Source of the DNA: Anaerolineae bacterium
Lineage (GTDB): Bacteria > Chloroflexota > Anaerolineae > Aggregatilineales > Phototrophicaceae
Reading direction: 5' to 3'
DNA: 64,000 bases
Assembly: GCA_023382675.1 (NCBI GenBank)
Contig: JAHDWN010000012.1
Span: 81,548-145,547, forward strand
In this document: piece by piece, positions 62,121 to 64,000 of the stretch
How positions within the stretch are numbered: the stretch's first letter is position 1
How the letters are laid out: each line of letters opens with the position of its first letter
Program-made: the position numbers and the translations under genes
Notes under the pieces: generated by a model
Told to the model about the DNA's origin: nothing
Databases searched by the model: none
Seen by the model: only the letters and a program-made list of their open reading frames with translations

Positions 62121-64000
62121 ATGACACTTATCCACGGTTTCGAACTGATACAGGAGACCGACATCCCGGAATTGGCTTCGAAGGCACGCCTGTTTCGGCA
62201 CGTGCGCACGGGGGCGCAGCTTCTCTCGCTCGAAAACGACGACGATAACAAGTGCTTTGGCATCGGTTTCAAGACGCCGCCTGCCGATAGCACCGGTCTG
62301 TCGCACATCCTGGAACACTCCGTGCTCAACGGTTCGCGCAAGTATCCGGTGAAGGAACCGTTCGTTGAACTCCTTAAAGCGTCGTTGAATACATTCCTGA
62401 ACGCGATGACCTTCCCGGACATGACGATCTATCCCGTTGCCAGCACCAATGTCCAGGATTTCTACAACCTGATCGACGTGTATCTGGACGCAGTCTTTTA
62501 TCCACGGATTTCGCCGATGATTTTGCAGCAGGAAGGCTGGCACTACGAAACCGAGGGCAACGATGCGTCGCTGACGTACAAGGGTGTCGTCTTCAACGAG
62601 ATGAAAGGCTATCACTCGACGCCGGACTATGCCCTGGAAGTCTCAATCCAGGAGGCGCTGCTGCCGGATACGCCCTATGTCCACGACTCAGGTGGCAACC
62701 CTGCGCACATCCCAGATTTGACCTATGAACAGTTTAAGGCATTCCACGAGACGTACTATCACCCGTCGAACGCTTTCATCTTCATCTATGGTGATGACGA
62801 CCCGGACGAGCGCCTGCGCATGATCGATGCGTTCATCGCCGAATTCGACGCTAGGCCGGTCGATGCGACCGTGCCCCTGCAAGCGCGCTTCGACGCGCCG
62901 CGCACGGTGACAAAGCGCTACGATGCGGGCGAATCTGGCGACGAGAGCAACAAGGCGTTGGCGGCGGTAAGCTGGTTGCTGCCGGAGGTGACGGACGCCG
63001 AAAGAATCCTGGAACTGGAGATCCTCGGACACATCCTGGTCAAAACGGCGGCATCACCGCTGCGTAAAGCGCTGACTGACTCTGGTATTGGAGAAGAGGC
63101 TGCAGGTGGATTGGATGCGATCAAGCGCCAGGCCAGTTTCACGGTCGGTCTACGCGGTATCAAGCCTGCCGATGGTCAAAAGGTGGAGACGCTGGTGCTG
63201 AATACGCTCGGCAAGCTGGCTGAGGATGGCATCGAACGGGAGATGGTCGAAGCGTCGCTCAATACGATTGAGTTCCAACTGCGTGAGAAGAACACTGGCG
63301 GCTTTCCGCGCGGATTGGCGGCCTTCATCGGCGTGTTGCAGCCGTGGATGCACGGCGGCAATCCGGTCGAGCACCTCGCATTCGACGAGACGCTCCAACG
63401 GATCAAGACGCGTTACGCCGAGCAGTCGGGTTACTTCGAGACCATGATCGGTGAGTATTTCCTGGATAATCCGCATCGGGTGACGGTCTTCATGCAGCCT
63501 GATCCGCAGGTGAAGGTCGAGCGTGATGCTGCCGAAGCAGCCCGCCTGGAACACGAGCGCGCAGGGATGACCGCCGATGCAATCGAACAGGTCATCGCTG
63601 ACATGGAAGCGCTCGAACTGCGGCAGACGCTGCCGGATGCGCCGGAAGACCTGGCGAAGATCCCGCGTCTGACGCTGAACGATCTCGAACGCGAGATCAA
63701 GATCGTGCCGACAGAAGTCATCCTGACTGACAATGGCACTCTCGTCTATCACGACCTGGCGACGAGCGGCATCGTCTATGCGGACTTTGGCTTTGACCTG
63801 TATGCGCTGTCGTCGGATCTGCTGCCATACGTTGGCTTGTTTGGGCGCGCATTGGTCGAGATCGGCACGGAGCGCGAGGATTACGTTCGCCTGCTGCAGC
63901 GCATCGGCGCGAAAACCGGCGGCATCCGGCCAGATTTCCTGGCTTCGCAGACGATGGAGCGGGATGCGAGCGTCGCCTTGTTCCTGCGCGCCAAAGCCAT
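62121..64000 (+). CDS. M16C (PreP/insulinase-like) zinc metallopeptidase, 3'-truncated by the window edge
   Basis: This ORF is not in the supplied track because it has no stop in the window. My own translation gives MTLIHGFELIQETDIPELASKARLFRHVRTGAQLLSLENDDDNKCFGIGFKTPPADSTGLSHILEHSVLNGSRKYPVKEPF..., with the inverted HxxEH zinc motif HILEH. Confidence 0.85.
   Translation, partial: MTLIHGFELIQETDIPELASKARLFRHVRTGAQLLSLENDDDNKCFGIGFKTPPADSTGLSHILEHSVLNGSRKYPVKEPFVELLKASLNTFLNAMTFPDMTIYPVASTNVQDFYNLIDVYLDAVFYPRISPMILQQEGWHYETEGNDASLTYKGVVFNEMKGYHSTPDYALEVSIQEALLPDTPYVHDSGGNPAHIPDLTYEQFKAFHETYYHPSNAFIFIYGDDDPDERLRMIDAFIAEFDARPVDATVPLQARFDAPRTVTKRYDAGESGDESNKALAAVSWLLPEVTDAERILELEILGHILVKTAASPLRKALTDSGIGEEAAGGLDAIKRQASFTVGLRGIKPADGQKVETLVLNTLGKLAEDGIEREMVEASLNTIEFQLREKNTGGFPRGLAAFIGVLQPWMHGGNPVEHLAFDETLQRIKTRYAEQSGYFETMIGEYFLDNPHRVTVFMQPDPQVKVERDAAEAARLEHERAGMTADAIEQVIADMEALELRQTLPDAPEDLAKIPRLTLNDLEREIKIVPTEVILTDNGTLVYHDLATSGIVYADFGFDLYALSSDLLPYVGLFGRALVEIGTEREDYVRLLQRIGAKTGGIRPDFLASQTMERDASVALFLRAKA

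Overview
Gene-dense 64-kb window with about 56 protein genes on both strands and one tRNA, roughly 58-60% GC by eye. It reads as ordinary chromosome of a high-GC environmental bacterium. Pro/Thr-linker surface proteins, SH3b/CARDB secreted proteins, ATPase-less CUT1 sugar ABC operons and an LLM-type oxidoreductase make a Chloroflexota-like origin plausible, but that is inference only. Housekeeping anchors are polA, dprA, a short-form 6-phosphogluconate dehydrogenase, cyclophilin, tRNA-Phe, an acyl-CoA carboxyltransferase, a Slt-type lytic transglycosylase and an M16C peptidase that is cut by the right edge. The largest functional block is a carbohydrate/polyol island at about 26.3-43.8 kb. It holds two CUT1 ABC importers, xylulokinase, a second FGGY kinase, an RpiB-like isomerase, a SorC regulator, a GpsA-like dehydrogenase, two Zn-ADHs, a cupin and an SDR. 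I saw no CRISPR array, rRNA, transposase, integrase or phage genes, and no recognisable known defence system. Nothing here is an unambiguous new multi-gene system. The best leads are: (1) a TCACA-NN-TGTGC box recurring at the promoters of the sugar/polyol island, together with a possible variant tetritol/pentitol-phosphate pathway; (2) an exact 933-nt in-frame tandem duplication that fuses two periplasmic binding-protein units; (3) a single-pass membrane protein with a cytoplasmic TIR domain; (4) two tandem paralogous small ORFs of unrecognised family in an AT-richer islet; (5) a tRNA-Phe with a paired change at the conserved 18:55 elbow contact; (6) an LLM oxidoreductase coupled to dihydropyrimidinase. 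All functional calls rest on motif recognition in the supplied translations. No database search was possible.
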